Source: a virus
Length of the DNA: 64,000 nt
Reading direction: 5' to 3' (one strand)
Virus record (IMG/VR): IMGVR_UViG_3300047470_000343
Span: 29,786-93,785 of that record
Under the pieces are notes generated by a model. The model made no database searches and had not been told where the DNA came from. It saw only the letters and a program-made list of their open reading frames with translations. Positions 19,236 through 27,943 of this stretch are shown piece after piece (the first letter of the stretch is position 1; each line of letters opens with the position of its first letter). The position numbers and the translations under genes are program-made.

Positions 19236-20153
19236 GTGCCTGGAAGGGGCGACGTCGTGACCATCATGCCTATGTCAGCCGTAGATCTCGGCGTCGACTA
19301 CGGGCTCTTCAGCCACGTGACCGTCTTCGCCAGCGGTAAGGGAGGCGTCGGCAAGACCACCTTGACCGGCAACAACGCCACCCGGACCGCCAGCAAGGGA
19401 ATCCCCACGCTGGCCATCGACGCCAACGGCCAGGGCAATCTCCGGCGCGAGTTCGGCATGGCCGAGGGCGACAAGGGCGAGGCCTTCTACGAGGCCTTGA
19501 AGAACGGCACCCCGCTGGTGCCCATCAAGAACGTGCGCCCCAACCTCGACGTCGTCGTGGGCGGCAGCGAACTCCGACAGATCACCAGCCTGTTCATGGA
19601 GCTCGCGACGCGAGAGGGCCCCTACGCAGCCTTCTGCCGCCTCGCGCAGTGCCTGCAACCGCTGCTCCCGAACTACGGCGTCGTCTGGATGGACGCCCCG
19701 CCGGAGAACCCGAACATCCTCACCCTGTGCCTGTGCGCAAGCCGCTGGCTCGTCGCCCCGGTGAAGATGGACGTGTGCTCGCTGGAGGACGCGCTCAAGG
19801 ACATCTCCGACGCCTTCCGCGCCGCGAAGCAGGTCAACCAGCTCCTCGAACTGCTGGGCGTCGTCCACTTCGGATCGCCGAACAAGTCGAGCAGCATCCA
19901 CAAGGAAGTCGTCCACGAGGCCCGCAAGATGCTCGGCGCGAACACCCACGTGTTCGACGAGACCGTTCACGCCTCCTCCAAGACCGCCCAGCTCGCCCGC
20001 AAGCTCGGCGTCTCCGTCTGGGAGCTCGAAGAGCTGAAGCGGCCCGAGGACAAGGGTTTTGAAGACACGATTGCCAAGCTCGCCAAGGCTCACGACAAGC
20101 TGACAACCGCGATGCTGCTGCGCATGAGGAGCCGACTGGAGATGGCCGCATGA
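19236..20153 (+). CDS. parA: ParA/Soj-family partition ATPase
   Basis: Deviant Walker A SGKGGVGKTT, IDANGQGN, WMDAPP; start may be ATG 19266 or 19272. Confidence 0.93.
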   Translation: MPGRGDVVTIMPMSAVDLGVDYGLFSHVTVFASGKGGVGKTTLTGNNATRTASKGIPTLAIDANGQGNLRREFGMAEGDKGEAFYEALKNGTPLVPIKNVRPNLDVVVGGSELRQITSLFMELATREGPYAAFCRLAQCLQPLLPNYGVVWMDAPPENPNILTLCLCASRWLVAPVKMDVCSLEDALKDISDAFRAAKQVNQLLELLGVVHFGSPNKSSSIHKEVVHEARKMLGANTHVFDETVHASSKTAQLARKLGVSVWELEELKRPEDKGFEDTIAKLAKAHDKLTTAMLLRMRSRLEMAA

Positions 20154-21037
20154 CCACGAACACCGAAGACGAGCGCGGCGAACTGGAAGACGCCTTCAAC
20201 GGCACGGCGTCGCCCGAGGTGGACCCGTTCGCCTTCCTGAAGCTGGGGGGCAGCGGCCTCCCCGAGCAGCAGACCGGCGCCCCGGCGGCGGCCCCGGCCG
20301 CGGAGGTCGCAGTACGCGCCACGGCCGAGGCCGCGATCGATCCCGAGCCGGAGGTCGATCCCGAGCCGCCGGCCGATGCGCCCAAGAGTGAGCGTCTCGC
20401 GTACTTCGAGGGCGTCGTCCACCGCGAACGGGAGCTGTTCAAGGACACCGTCGCTGCGGCCGATCAGCGGTTCGTGGAGCGGGCGAGTGGCCCGCTGTAC
20501 GCGATCAACAGGGAGAGCCTGTATCTGGAGATGAGGTCGGACGCGACCGGGGAGCCGTTCACCCGGTTCCGGGACTACCTCCAGGAGCGATGGGGCATTT
20601 CCCGCGCCCACGGATACCGGATCCTCAACGAGTACCCGGTGATGACGGCCCTCGATGACTTGGCCCCGGACAAGCTCACCACCCGGCAGGTCCCGAAGCT
20701 GCTCGCCATCCTGCGCTCACGTGGCGCGGAAGATGTTCGCACCGTGTGGGAGCAGTCGGAGGAGAAGACCCCGGCAGGCTTGCAGGCGACCATCGACCGC
20801 CTTGGCTGGGGCGACCCCGAAGCCGAAGCGCTCGATGACCTCAGCGAGTCCGACCGGGAACGCGTCGCGCTGGTGGACCGCTGGGACAAGGTGATGGAGA
20901 CACTCGACCCTGCGAAGGCCCGGCAGCACCTGTCCCGCAACCCCGAGGACGCGCAGCGGCTCCTTGACCGGCTCAAGCCGTTTGTCGACGTCCTGGAAGA
21001 AGTCGCTCAGCTCCCGCCCGGCAAGGGCAAAAAGTAG
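20150..21037 (+). CDS. ParA partner, putative centromere-binding HTH protein (non-canonical ParB)
   Basis: ATGA-coupled to parA; LYAIN..SLY...FRDYLQERWGISRAHGYRIL HTH-like motif; no GxRR ParB CTPase motif seen. Confidence 0.7.
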   Translation: MTTNTEDERGELEDAFNGTASPEVDPFAFLKLGGSGLPEQQTGAPAAAPAAEVAVRATAEAAIDPEPEVDPEPPADAPKSERLAYFEGVVHRERELFKDTVAAADQRFVERASGPLYAINRESLYLEMRSDATGEPFTRFRDYLQERWGISRAHGYRILNEYPVMTALDDLAPDKLTTRQVPKLLAILRSRGAEDVRTVWEQSEEKTPAGLQATIDRLGWGDPEAEALDDLSESDRERVALVDRWDKVMETLDPAKARQHLSRNPEDAQRLLDRLKPFVDVLEEVAQLPPGKGKK

Positions 21038-21057
21038 CGCCGACCGCTGTCCGGAGC

Positions 21058-21084
21058 CCCGTGTCTCTCAGTGAGAGACACGGG
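21058..21084. repeat. 27-bp palindrome, candidate parS (copy 2)
   Basis: Identical to 19091-19117; palindrome extends to 21055-21087. Confidence 0.85.
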
Positions 21085-21101
21085 GCTTTCCGCTTCCCCG
21101 G

Positions 21102-21128
21102 CCCGTGTCTCTCACTGAGAGACACGGG
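21102..21128. repeat. 27-bp palindrome, candidate parS (copy 3, inverted)
   Basis: CCCGTGTCTCTCA-C-TGAGAGACACGGG. Confidence 0.85.
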
Positions 21129-21134
21129 ACTCGA

Positions 21135-21728
21135 TCACCGCGCCGGAGCGAACGCCGGGTCGTCGGTGAGCAGGTACCAGGCGTCGGCGTCGTCGCCGCC
21201 CTGCACGGCCAGGCGCAGCGGCAGCACGGCCTCCTTCGACTTCTGGAGGTCCGACTGCACGCCCTCCATCTGCATGGCGCGCGGCACGACGTACCGGTAG
21301 TGCTTGCCGCCGTCGATGACCTCGACCACGGCCGCGATTTCGCCGCGGCCGCCGACGCGAGGCGGCACGAACTTGTAGTGCTTCGGGGTGCCGCCGCCAC
21401 CGGCAGGCGTGATTTCGGTGATCTCGCCGCCGCCGAACACCGCCGTGAAGTTGGCGCCGTTCCACTGCTGGAGGTCGACCTCGATCGTCGCCGCGTCCGA
21501 GGTCTGGAAGGTGCGCGACGGGTAGTCCGACTGCGCGCTCTTCACGGTCTCGAACTGGGGCTCTTCGTTGAACTTGAGCGAGTCCTCGGTGGTGAGGCCG
21601 ACGCTGTACCAGCCGGAGCCCATGACGGCGGTTGCGTCCGCCGGGGCCGCGGTGCCGACGGGCGCAAGCCATACCTGGGTGCGTGCGGGGATGACGATCT
21701 GGGTGTTGTTCGTGATGTCGCCACTCAT
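21135..21728 (-). CDS. Major tail tube protein
   Basis: VWLAPVGTAAP...GW.SVGLTTED...QS.YP.R; typical actinophage tail tube; synteny. Confidence 0.88.
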   Translation of the reverse strand: MSGDITNNTQIVIPARTQVWLAPVGTAAPADATAVMGSGWYSVGLTTEDSLKFNEEPQFETVKSAQSDYPSRTFQTSDAATIEVDLQQWNGANFTAVFGGGEITEITPAGGGGTPKHYKFVPPRVGGRGEIAAVVEVIDGGKHYRYVVPRAMQMEGVQSDLQKSKEAVLPLRLAVQGGDDADAWYLLTDDPAFAPAR

Positions 21729-21766
21729 GGCGGTGCTCTCCTCGGGCCGGGGTTAAAGGCCCGGCC

Positions 21767-21794
21767 ACGATGGAGAGCGGGAGGGGTTACCGTC
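21767..21794 (-). promoter_or_regulatory. Conserved promoter-like motif
   Basis: GACGGTAAC-13nt-CATCGT. Confidence 0.7.
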
Positions 21795-21987
21795 CCGGGC
21801 TCACCCTTGGCGCGGGCCCCAGGAGCGGCAGCGGGACGCCGAACGCGGCCGCCACGATCTGCCGGACACGGTCCCGTTCCAGGAACTCGGCGATCGTCCG
21901 CCGCGTGGCTGCGCACACCGGATGCTGGAAGCGGATGACACGCACCGGCACCGGGAACTGCCAGACGTGGACTTCGTGCTCGGTCAC
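21787..21987 (-). CDS. Small hypothetical protein (66 aa)
   Basis: GTGA overlap with the upstream stop; fills the gap in the operon. Confidence 0.5.
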   Translation of the reverse strand: MTEHEVHVWQFPVPVRVIRFQHPVCAATRRTIAEFLERDRVRQIVAAAFGVPLPLLGPAPRVSPGR

Positions 21988-22427
21988 GGGCTCTCCTGCG
22001 GCGGGTGGATGGTGAGGAGCAGCCCGAAGATCCATCGGGGCTGACCGGTCTCCAGCGGCGAGTCGATGACCATGCCGGACGGCCGGACGGCCGAGAGAAC
22101 GGGCTGACCGGGCGCGGGGTCCTGGTCGACGAGCTCCTTCGCCGCGAGCGCGCACACGAGCAGCGCACGCCGCAGCGCAGCCGGGCCGGGCCAGCCGCTC
22201 GGGTCGCCGATGAGCTCCAGCGACACGTTCGGCTCCGTCGCCCATCGCATGTCCCGCAGGTCTCCGCCGGGGCCGGCCGAGATCCGAAGGTGCGGCCACG
22301 GCGCCTCGATTGCGCCGGAGACATGGCCGGGCCCGCCGAGCACCTCTTGAACCTTGGGGTGCGCGGCGAGCCACGGCAGCAGCAAGCCGACCGGGTCGGC
22401 GTCGGCGAGCGCGTACGGATCGGCCAT
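21984..22427 (-). CDS. Tail terminator-like protein
   Basis: Position before the major tail gene; PWPHLRISAGPGG...GQPRW. Confidence 0.7.
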   Translation of the reverse strand: MADPYALADADPVGLLLPWLAAHPKVQEVLGGPGHVSGAIEAPWPHLRISAGPGGDLRDMRWATEPNVSLELIGDPSGWPGPAALRRALLVCALAAKELVDQDPAPGQPVLSAVRPSGMVIDSPLETGQPRWIFGLLLTIHPPQESP

Positions 22428-22431
22428 GGGA

Positions 22432-22689
22432 TCAGCCGCGGGCGGCGTAGCCGTTGCGGCGGAGCTGACGGGCGTAGTCGGGGCTCACGAGCACCGTCGA
22501 GCCCGGCAGGTACTCCTTCGCCCCAATGCGCAGGTGATGCGCGAGGGTCAGCTTCTCCGGCTTCTGCCCCGGGCGCAGCGGCGGCCCGGCGATAGCCACG
22601 GTCTCCTCGGCGGGCGCTTCCGCCGGCGCTACGGTCTCGGTCGTCTTGGCGTCCGTCTCAGCGGGCGTCTTCCTGGTGTTGGTCGTCAT
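22432..22689 (-). CDS. Small virion-associated hypothetical protein
   Basis: YLPGSTVLVSPDYARQLRRNGYA; probably leaderless. Confidence 0.75.
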   Translation of the reverse strand: MTTNTRKTPAETDAKTTETVAPAEAPAEETVAIAGPPLRPGQKPEKLTLAHHLRIGAKEYLPGSTVLVSPDYARQLRRNGYAARG

Positions 22690-22697
22690 GAGGCAGA

Positions 22698-22724
22698 AGA
22701 GTGCCGACGCCGACCGCTACTGTC
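22698..22724 (-). promoter_or_regulatory. Conserved promoter-like motif
   Basis: GACAGTAGC-12nt-CACTCT, 8 nt before the ATG. Confidence 0.65.
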
Positions 22725-22736
22725 GCGCGCTGCGGG

Positions 22737-23267
22737 TCAGCGGCTCGCGGCGACTGCCGCCGCGGCCCGCGCCATGTAGAACACGCCCGGCGCGATCAGG
22801 TTCCCTGGGTAGACGGTGCCGACCTCCGCAGCCACAACCCAATCGCCTTCGGCGATCACCTTCACGGTCACGGTCGTCCCCGCCACCACGGGCGGCAGGG
22901 TACGGATGTTCTTGGAGATGCCGTCGGGGATCGTGTCCGCGCGGCACTCGCAGTTCTTCAGGTTGGCGACCGCGCGAGAGGACTCGTCCCGCGGGAACTT
23001 CATGTATGTCTTCGGCCCGACGCCGCGGTGGTCGCGGTCCCACTGCATGGAGTTGATCTCGAAGCGCAGGTTGTCGGGGCGCTCCTGGCCGTGCGCCTGA
23101 ATGTGCGTGCGCCGCATGTCGTGATCGGCGACGGTCACCCACTTCTTCGTCGGCGGAGCGAAGATCTTCGCCTGCCGCTCGACCCGGCGGCCGATCTCCT
23201 CGACCCGCGGGGCGATCATCACCGCGAGGCGCTGCTCCAGCCCCGGCGATACATGGAACTTGGCCAT
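22737..23267 (-). CDS. Neck/tail-completion (HK97 gp10-like) protein with MuF-like insert
   Basis: AKIFAP...VVAAEVGT...FYMARAA frame interrupted by KKWVT...R.TH...MKFPRD...NCECR. Confidence 0.65.
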   Translation of the reverse strand: MAKFHVSPGLEQRLAVMIAPRVEEIGRRVERQAKIFAPPTKKWVTVADHDMRRTHIQAHGQERPDNLRFEINSMQWDRDHRGVGPKTYMKFPRDESSRAVANLKNCECRADTIPDGISKNIRTLPPVVAGTTVTVKVIAEGDWVVAAEVGTVYPGNLIAPGVFYMARAAAAVAASR

Positions 23268-23596
23268 CACGGCACCTCCGGCGGGTTCAGGGTCGCGGTG
23301 ACGGCGATGTAGTCGGCGGCCCCGTACCCGGGCACCGTCTTGTGCAGCGCGGTCACCACCGTCCACATGCGGGTGCCGTCCCCGATGACGTCACCGGGCC
23401 GGACCCGCCACGCCGCGGGATCCACCCGCAGCGTCCATGTCCCGTCCGACTGCTCGATGGCCGCGCCCGGCCACGTGCCGCGCGCGGCCGGCCGGGCGTC
23501 CGGCGGAGGGGGCACGGGCACGCCGTGCGCATCACGCCCCCAGGGGTGATCGAGGACGTACACCGTGAGATCCCGGTCCGGGAGGAGGACGGCCAC
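23267..23596 (-). CDS. Head-closure/stopper-like protein
   Basis: 109 aa; RDAHG.P, VRPGDVI...WTV; synteny. Confidence 0.7.
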   Translation of the reverse strand: MAVLLPDRDLTVYVLDHPWGRDAHGVPVPPPPDARPAARGTWPGAAIEQSDGTWTLRVDPAAWRVRPGDVIGDGTRMWTVVTALHKTVPGYGAADYIAVTATLNPPEVP

Positions 23597-23599
23597 GGC

Positions 23600-24235
23600 T
23601 CAGCCCGCCACAGCCGTGACGAGAGCCTTGGAGATGCCCAGCTTCACCGCGGTCGCGTACGTCGTGAACGCCGTCGTGCGGTTCCCGCGGTTGGCCCGGT
23701 TCGTGTCGCCGCCGGTGAAGAACGCCTGTCGCTGCGCCGTGGTCAGCTCCAGTTGGACGCCCATGCCCCTGGTCGTGCGGTTGCAGATGTTCGCGGGGTC
23801 GTTGCCGTTCAGCTCCTCGGAGGCGACGCTCACCGTGAAACCGGCGTCTTTGAGGCACTGCCCGATCTGGTCGCGGAGGTTGTAGTCGGCGCCGCCGAGG
23901 AACGTCGCCGCGGTGGTGCCGCTCGCGCCGTGGAACGACACGGCGTGCGTGGCGGCCGCCGCCATCTTCAAGGCCTGCGCCTCGTCGTAGCGGGTCGACG
24001 TGACGTGCAGGTCATCGTTGGTGCCCGCGGTCTTGAACCCGTCGAGGGCATAGAAATTGTGGATGTCTCCGGCGACGACGTCCGCGATCTCCTGAGAGCC
24101 GGGCTCGATACCGCCGCCGTGGATCGCGAAGCACACCAGTGTCGACACCTGGGAGAGTCGCCACAGCCGTTGAAAGTCGATGCCCTCGATCTGGGCGGCT
24201 GCCAACTGCGCGTAGGAGCTGTAGAGGTCGGGCAT
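23600..24235 (-). CDS. Poly-gamma-glutamate hydrolase family protein (PghP/DUF867-like)
   Basis: AIHGGGIEPGS.EIA, LHVTST.YDE, VSFHG, NICNR...GVQLEL motifs. Confidence 0.88.
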   Translation of the reverse strand: MPDLYSSYAQLAAAQIEGIDFQRLWRLSQVSTLVCFAIHGGGIEPGSQEIADVVAGDIHNFYALDGFKTAGTNDDLHVTSTRYDEAQALKMAAAATHAVSFHGASGTTAATFLGGADYNLRDQIGQCLKDAGFTVSVASEELNGNDPANICNRTTRGMGVQLELTTAQRQAFFTGGDTNRANRGNRTTAFTTYATAVKLGISKALVTAVAG

Positions 24236-24259
24236 CAATCCTGCCTTGTCGGGTCGGGG

Positions 24260-25129
24260 CTACCAGCGGGAGTAGCGGCGGCCGCCGTACGGCCATGGGC
24301 TTGCGGGGGCGGTGGCGATCGTCCGCCACAGGCGTTTGCGGTAGTCGCCCAGGGAGTCCAGCGTCGGCAGCGCACCGGCCTGCCCCGCTACCGGGGAGGC
24401 TTCGTAGCTGATCGACTGGCCATCGGCCGACACCGAGGACACCCGGCGCCCGCCTGCGGCCGCTTCCCCGGCCGGGCTGTTGCGGTGCCGCTCAGCGGCG
24501 TGCGCCACCACGTAGCGGACGATCGGCTCTTCAGCGGCCGCGTTCAGGCCGACAAGGATCCGCACCGTGTACGTCTCGTCGTCGTTCTGCTCCCAGCCCG
24601 CCACGCTCACCGAGTCGTCCACGTCCGGGAGAGGCCAGGCGCGCGCGTCGGACAGCGGATAGAACGGGCGCAGCCCCACGTTCCGCAGCACCATCGGCTT
24701 CGGCACGAGCGGCCGCTTCAGGTACCCGGCGACGTCTGCCTGCGCCTTGGCCAGGCTGTCGCGGAAGGTCTCGCGCTGGACGGCGTCCAGCGGCAGCGGC
24801 ACGCCGAGCTCGTCGGCGAGCTGCTCGGGTGAGGCGATCAGCCCGGTGCCCAGCGGCAGGTCCAGGCGCACAGTGCGGTCGGTGGCCGGGGAAGTCTCCG
24901 CCGCGGGAGTGAAAGCGACGGTGCACCAGTACCGGCCGTCAGGCAGGTTGTCAGGGATCGTGAACCGGTACTCGTTCTCACCGACACGCACGGCTGGGCC
25001 CGCGGTAGCCACCACGGTCCCCGACCGGTCAGGAGCCGAGTACAGGTCGATCCGGCTGACCTCCCCGCCCTCGGGCTCGGGATCGCACAGCACCCCGCCC
25101 CACACGGGCCGGTACAGGTACACCGCCAC
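24260..25129 (-). CDS. Head-tail adaptor-like protein
   Basis: IASPEQLA..LG...AQADVAGYL.R, VSSVSADGQSISY; synteny. Confidence 0.7.
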   Translation of the reverse strand: MAVYLYRPVWGGVLCDPEPEGGEVSRIDLYSAPDRSGTVVATAGPAVRVGENEYRFTIPDNLPDGRYWCTVAFTPAAETSPATDRTVRLDLPLGTGLIASPEQLADELGVPLPLDAVQRETFRDSLAKAQADVAGYLKRPLVPKPMVLRNVGLRPFYPLSDARAWPLPDVDDSVSVAGWEQNDDETYTVRILVGLNAAAEEPIVRYVVAHAAERHRNSPAGEAAAGGRRVSSVSADGQSISYEASPVAGQAGALPTLDSLGDYRKRLWRTIATAPASPWPYGGRRYSRW

Positions 25130-25141
25130 AGTCCCTCTCCT

Positions 25142-25663
25142 CTACTCGCCGAGCTGCGCGCGCAGGGTGGCGACGATGTGCTCGGCGTCCTGGCGCTGGA
25201 CTTCCGCACCGACCGACAGCAGGAGCCGCGAAGCCGGCGTGCGGTAGGGGCCCATGCTGATGTGCTCGATCAGCCGCTTCGTGGAGCGCCAGACGTTGCC
25301 GTACGGCGGTACGGGCTCGAACACGCCGTCGGGGTCGGTAGGTGCGAGGCCGGTCAGCTCGTCGACGATGCAGTCGCCGATCTCCGCGGGCAGGAGGGCA
25401 TCGGGGCCGACAGGCTTCGGCGGGGCCGTCGCCCTGGTCGGCGCGGGCGGGGCCTCCAGCGGAGCGACCTCCGGCGCCTTCGTCTCGACCTCGGCAGCGG
25501 AGACGGCCTTGTTCTCGATCTCGGCTGTGCCGGTCTCGGTGTCGTCCGCGACGGCCTTCGCCTCCGCCGGGGCAGTCTCCGCCTCGACTACGGGCACGGT
25601 CTCCTCTACGACGGGCGCGGGTTCCGCCGCGGCCGCAGCCTTGCGGGTTCGGGGTGTTGCCAC
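25142..25663 (-). CDS. Hypothetical head-region protein
   Basis: RBS GGAGG; Ala/Glu/Pro-rich N-terminus with E-x-K-A motifs. Confidence 0.75.
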   Translation of the reverse strand: MATPRTRKAAAAAEPAPVVEETVPVVEAETAPAEAKAVADDTETGTAEIENKAVSAAEVETKAPEVAPLEAPPAPTRATAPPKPVGPDALLPAEIGDCIVDELTGLAPTDPDGVFEPVPPYGNVWRSTKRLIEHISMGPYRTPASRLLLSVGAEVQRQDAEHIVATLRAQLGE

Positions 25664-25695
25664 AGCATCCTCCAGTTGAGCGGGGTTGGGGCGAC

Positions 25696-25723
25696 ACCCT
25701 GACCCGCGGGGTTCGTTTACGTC
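25696..25723 (-). promoter_or_regulatory. Conserved promoter-like motif
   Basis: GACGTAAAC-13nt-CAGGGT. Confidence 0.7.
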
Positions 25724-25760
25724 GCGCTGTGCCGTCCCCGGGGGTCCGGCACAGCGCGAC
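25721..25760 (-). terminator. Hairpin terminator after the IPT/TIG gene
   Basis: 14-bp stem GTCGCGCTGTGCCG / CGGCACAGCGCGAC. Confidence 0.65.
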
Positions 25761-25769
25761 CGTCAGGGG

Positions 25770-26252
25770 TTAGGAGTAGGTGAAGCCGTTCGTCTTGGTC
25801 ACGGCCCCCGCGTCGTCGCCGACGATGACGTTCTTCGCACCGGCGGTACCGGCCGGAGTGGTGACCTGGATGGCCTCGGACGACAGGATCTTGAGGTTGG
25901 TGCCCGCCGTGCTGCCGAACTTGACGTCGGCGACGCCGTCGAGGTTCGTGCCGGTGATGGTCACCACCGTTCCGCCGGCGGCCAGGCCGGTGGCCGGGGA
26001 CACCGTCGCGACGGTCGCCGCAGGGAACAGCTTGTCGATCTGCGACTGACGCACCACCTGCCCGGCCCGGAACATGATCGTCTTGATCGAGCCCTCGGGA
26101 GCGCGGTCACGGCTGTTCGTGGGGCGGGTGCCCTCGTCGAACCGGCGCGTGGCGTACACGTCCTGGGTGACGACCAGCTCGGGGTCGGATACTGCACTGG
26201 TCGGGAAGGCGGCCTTGGTGATGCGGGCACCAGCGGCGTTGTACAGGCCCAT
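25770..26252 (-). CDS. IPT/TIG (Ig-like) domain protein, probable capsid decoration
   Basis: TVATVSPATG..AGGTVVTITGTNL....VKFG...VTTPAG...FTY; RBS before ATG 26252. Confidence 0.85.
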   Translation of the reverse strand: MGLYNAAGARITKAAFPTSAVSDPELVVTQDVYATRRFDEGTRPTNSRDRAPEGSIKTIMFRAGQVVRQSQIDKLFPAATVATVSPATGLAAGGTVVTITGTNLDGVADVKFGSTAGTNLKILSSEAIQVTTPAGTAGAKNVIVGDDAGAVTKTNGFTYS

Positions 26253-26287
26253 GAGGAGCCCCTTTCTCAGGTGTGGTCGAGTGCCGC

Positions 26288-26315
26288 AGCGTGCCCGACG
26301 AGAGGCCCTACAGTC
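26288..26315 (-). promoter_or_regulatory. Conserved promoter-like motif
   Basis: GACTGTAGG-13nt-CACGCT. Confidence 0.6.
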
Positions 26316-26329
26316 CCCGCCTGGGGCCG

Positions 26330-27577
26330 TCACAGGATGCGGAGGTCGTCCCACCCGTTCTTCGTGACGGAGAAGACCAGCAGACCCGGCTGGGACACCT
26401 CGCCCGAGCGCATCGCGTACCAGTCCGAACCGTTGTCCAGAGTCGGCGCCTGCACCCACAGCCGGCCCGCGCCGAGCTGCTGCGCACGGAAGTGGTGGAA
26501 GTGCCCGGACACGAGGATCCGGGCGTCCGCGATCGGCTGACGGCCGAACGTCTGCCCCTTCCACCAGTCCGGCGCCTTCTCCGGGCGGGCGTACTGGTGG
26601 CCGTGGTTGAGGCCCACGACGGTGCCCGCCATGTCGAGGCTGACGGTGTCGCGCCAGGGCTCCGGCGTCACGAACGACACGTGCCCGTACGCGTTCTGGT
26701 TCTTGGCGTACGCGTCCGCGATCTGGCTCATGACCTCGATGCCCCAGTCGTCCTCCGGGGGCCCCACAGGGTCCTTCCCGCGCCGTACGCGGGCATGGTT
26801 GCTGCCGCACGTCGCGGCGACCACCCGAGGGAACGCTGTCGCGAGACGGTCCAGGCCCTCGAACGTCATCCGCCGGTGCACGCGCACCATCTGCGTGAGC
26901 GTCAGATCGTTGGTGAACGCCTGGCTCGCCACGTTCTCGAACCCCTCGATGCAGTCACCTGCGTCGAGCCAGTACGCGGAGTCGGGGGCGCGGCCGACCT
27001 TGCCGAGGTCACGGACGTGGTCCTCAAGCCGGTCGAATCGCTCGGCGACACGGGCCACGAGTTCCTTGGTCCCGCCGTCCCGGCCGACCTTCCCGGCCTG
27101 CGGGTCGGCGTACACCACGGCGAGCGCCCGCTCGGTCGTCTCGGCCGGAGTGCGGGGGGTGCGGCGGCGCCGCATCGCGTCCTTGATCAGGCTGTTGAGG
27201 TCTTCCGCGGACGCCCACCCGGGCGCCGACGGCTCGATCAGGTAGCGGCAGCGCCACACCGGCCGGGTCACGGCGTCCTCGCCCTGCGCGTCGCGATGCC
27301 ACGCGGCCGGGTCGTGCCGGGCTTCCACCAGCCGGACCCGGTAGCCCTCGGGCACGACCAGGCCGAGCTCCTCCACCCGCGCACGCCACCCGAGTTCGTC
27401 CTGGCCCGGCGCCTCGGCGGCCGGCGCGGTGACGAGCATCGACCCGCCCGGCTCGTAGCGCACTCCGGGCTCCCAGCCCTTCGGCGCCGCGGTGGTGGGA
27501 CGGGTCGTCTCCGGCGGTGTGGTCTGCTCCGCAGAGGCGGGCGCCAGGAGCGCATCTAGCTGTTCGTCAAGACTCAT
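26330..27577 (-). CDS. Calcineurin-like metallophosphoesterase
   Basis: ADPQ, AGDCIE, GSNH, NHGH, GHFHH motifs; ATGA-coupled to the upstream gene. Confidence 0.85.
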   Translation of the reverse strand: MSLDEQLDALLAPASAEQTTPPETTRPTTAAPKGWEPGVRYEPGGSMLVTAPAAEAPGQDELGWRARVEELGLVVPEGYRVRLVEARHDPAAWHRDAQGEDAVTRPVWRCRYLIEPSAPGWASAEDLNSLIKDAMRRRRTPRTPAETTERALAVVYADPQAGKVGRDGGTKELVARVAERFDRLEDHVRDLGKVGRAPDSAYWLDAGDCIEGFENVASQAFTNDLTLTQMVRVHRRMTFEGLDRLATAFPRVVAATCGSNHARVRRGKDPVGPPEDDWGIEVMSQIADAYAKNQNAYGHVSFVTPEPWRDTVSLDMAGTVVGLNHGHQYARPEKAPDWWKGQTFGRQPIADARILVSGHFHHFRAQQLGAGRLWVQAPTLDNGSDWYAMRSGEVSQPGLLVFSVTKNGWDDLRIL

Positions 27578-27843
27578 CGCGGGCACCTGCATCCGTTCGA
27601 GGCGCCGCGGCGCCGGTGCCGTGCCACAGACGGGGCCTGCACGGGATAGCCGCTGGCCGTGAGCGTGTCCGCGATCCGCGTGGACGTCACCATGTGGGTG
27701 TCGAGCAGCCCGTTCAGCTTCTCCGCGGTCGCGGCGTCGAGAGACGCCAGGATGTCGCCGACTGTGCAGCGTGCGCCGCGGCGTGGGGCGGGCTCGGTCA
27801 TGAGCTGGGTCAGGGCCGTGCTCAGCCCGTCGGTGTCTGCCAC
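27574..27843 (-). CDS. Small HTH/Zn-binding-like protein
   Basis: RCTVG...TRIADTL...SVARHRR...CRC; RBS GAGG. Confidence 0.75.
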   Translation of the reverse strand: MADTDGLSTALTQLMTEPAPRRGARCTVGDILASLDAATAEKLNGLLDTHMVTSTRIADTLTASGYPVQAPSVARHRRRGASNGCRCPR

Positions 27844-27878
27844 GGCGGTTCCTCGCTCTCTCATGGGTACGGGGCCGG

Positions 27879-27906
27879 ACCGTATGGCCCGGCCCCGTAT
27901 TACGTC
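27879..27906 (-). promoter_or_regulatory. Conserved promoter-like motif
   Basis: GACGTAATA-13nt-TACGGT. Confidence 0.7.
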
Positions 27907-27943
27907 GCCGTCATCGGGGCCCGGTGTGCGGGCCCCGGCTCGC

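Noticed and set aside
19091-21128. par cassette as an IS/transposon because of its terminal inverted repeats
   Set aside because: No transposase and no evident target-site duplication; the repeats are self-palindromic and occur three times, as expected for binding sites.
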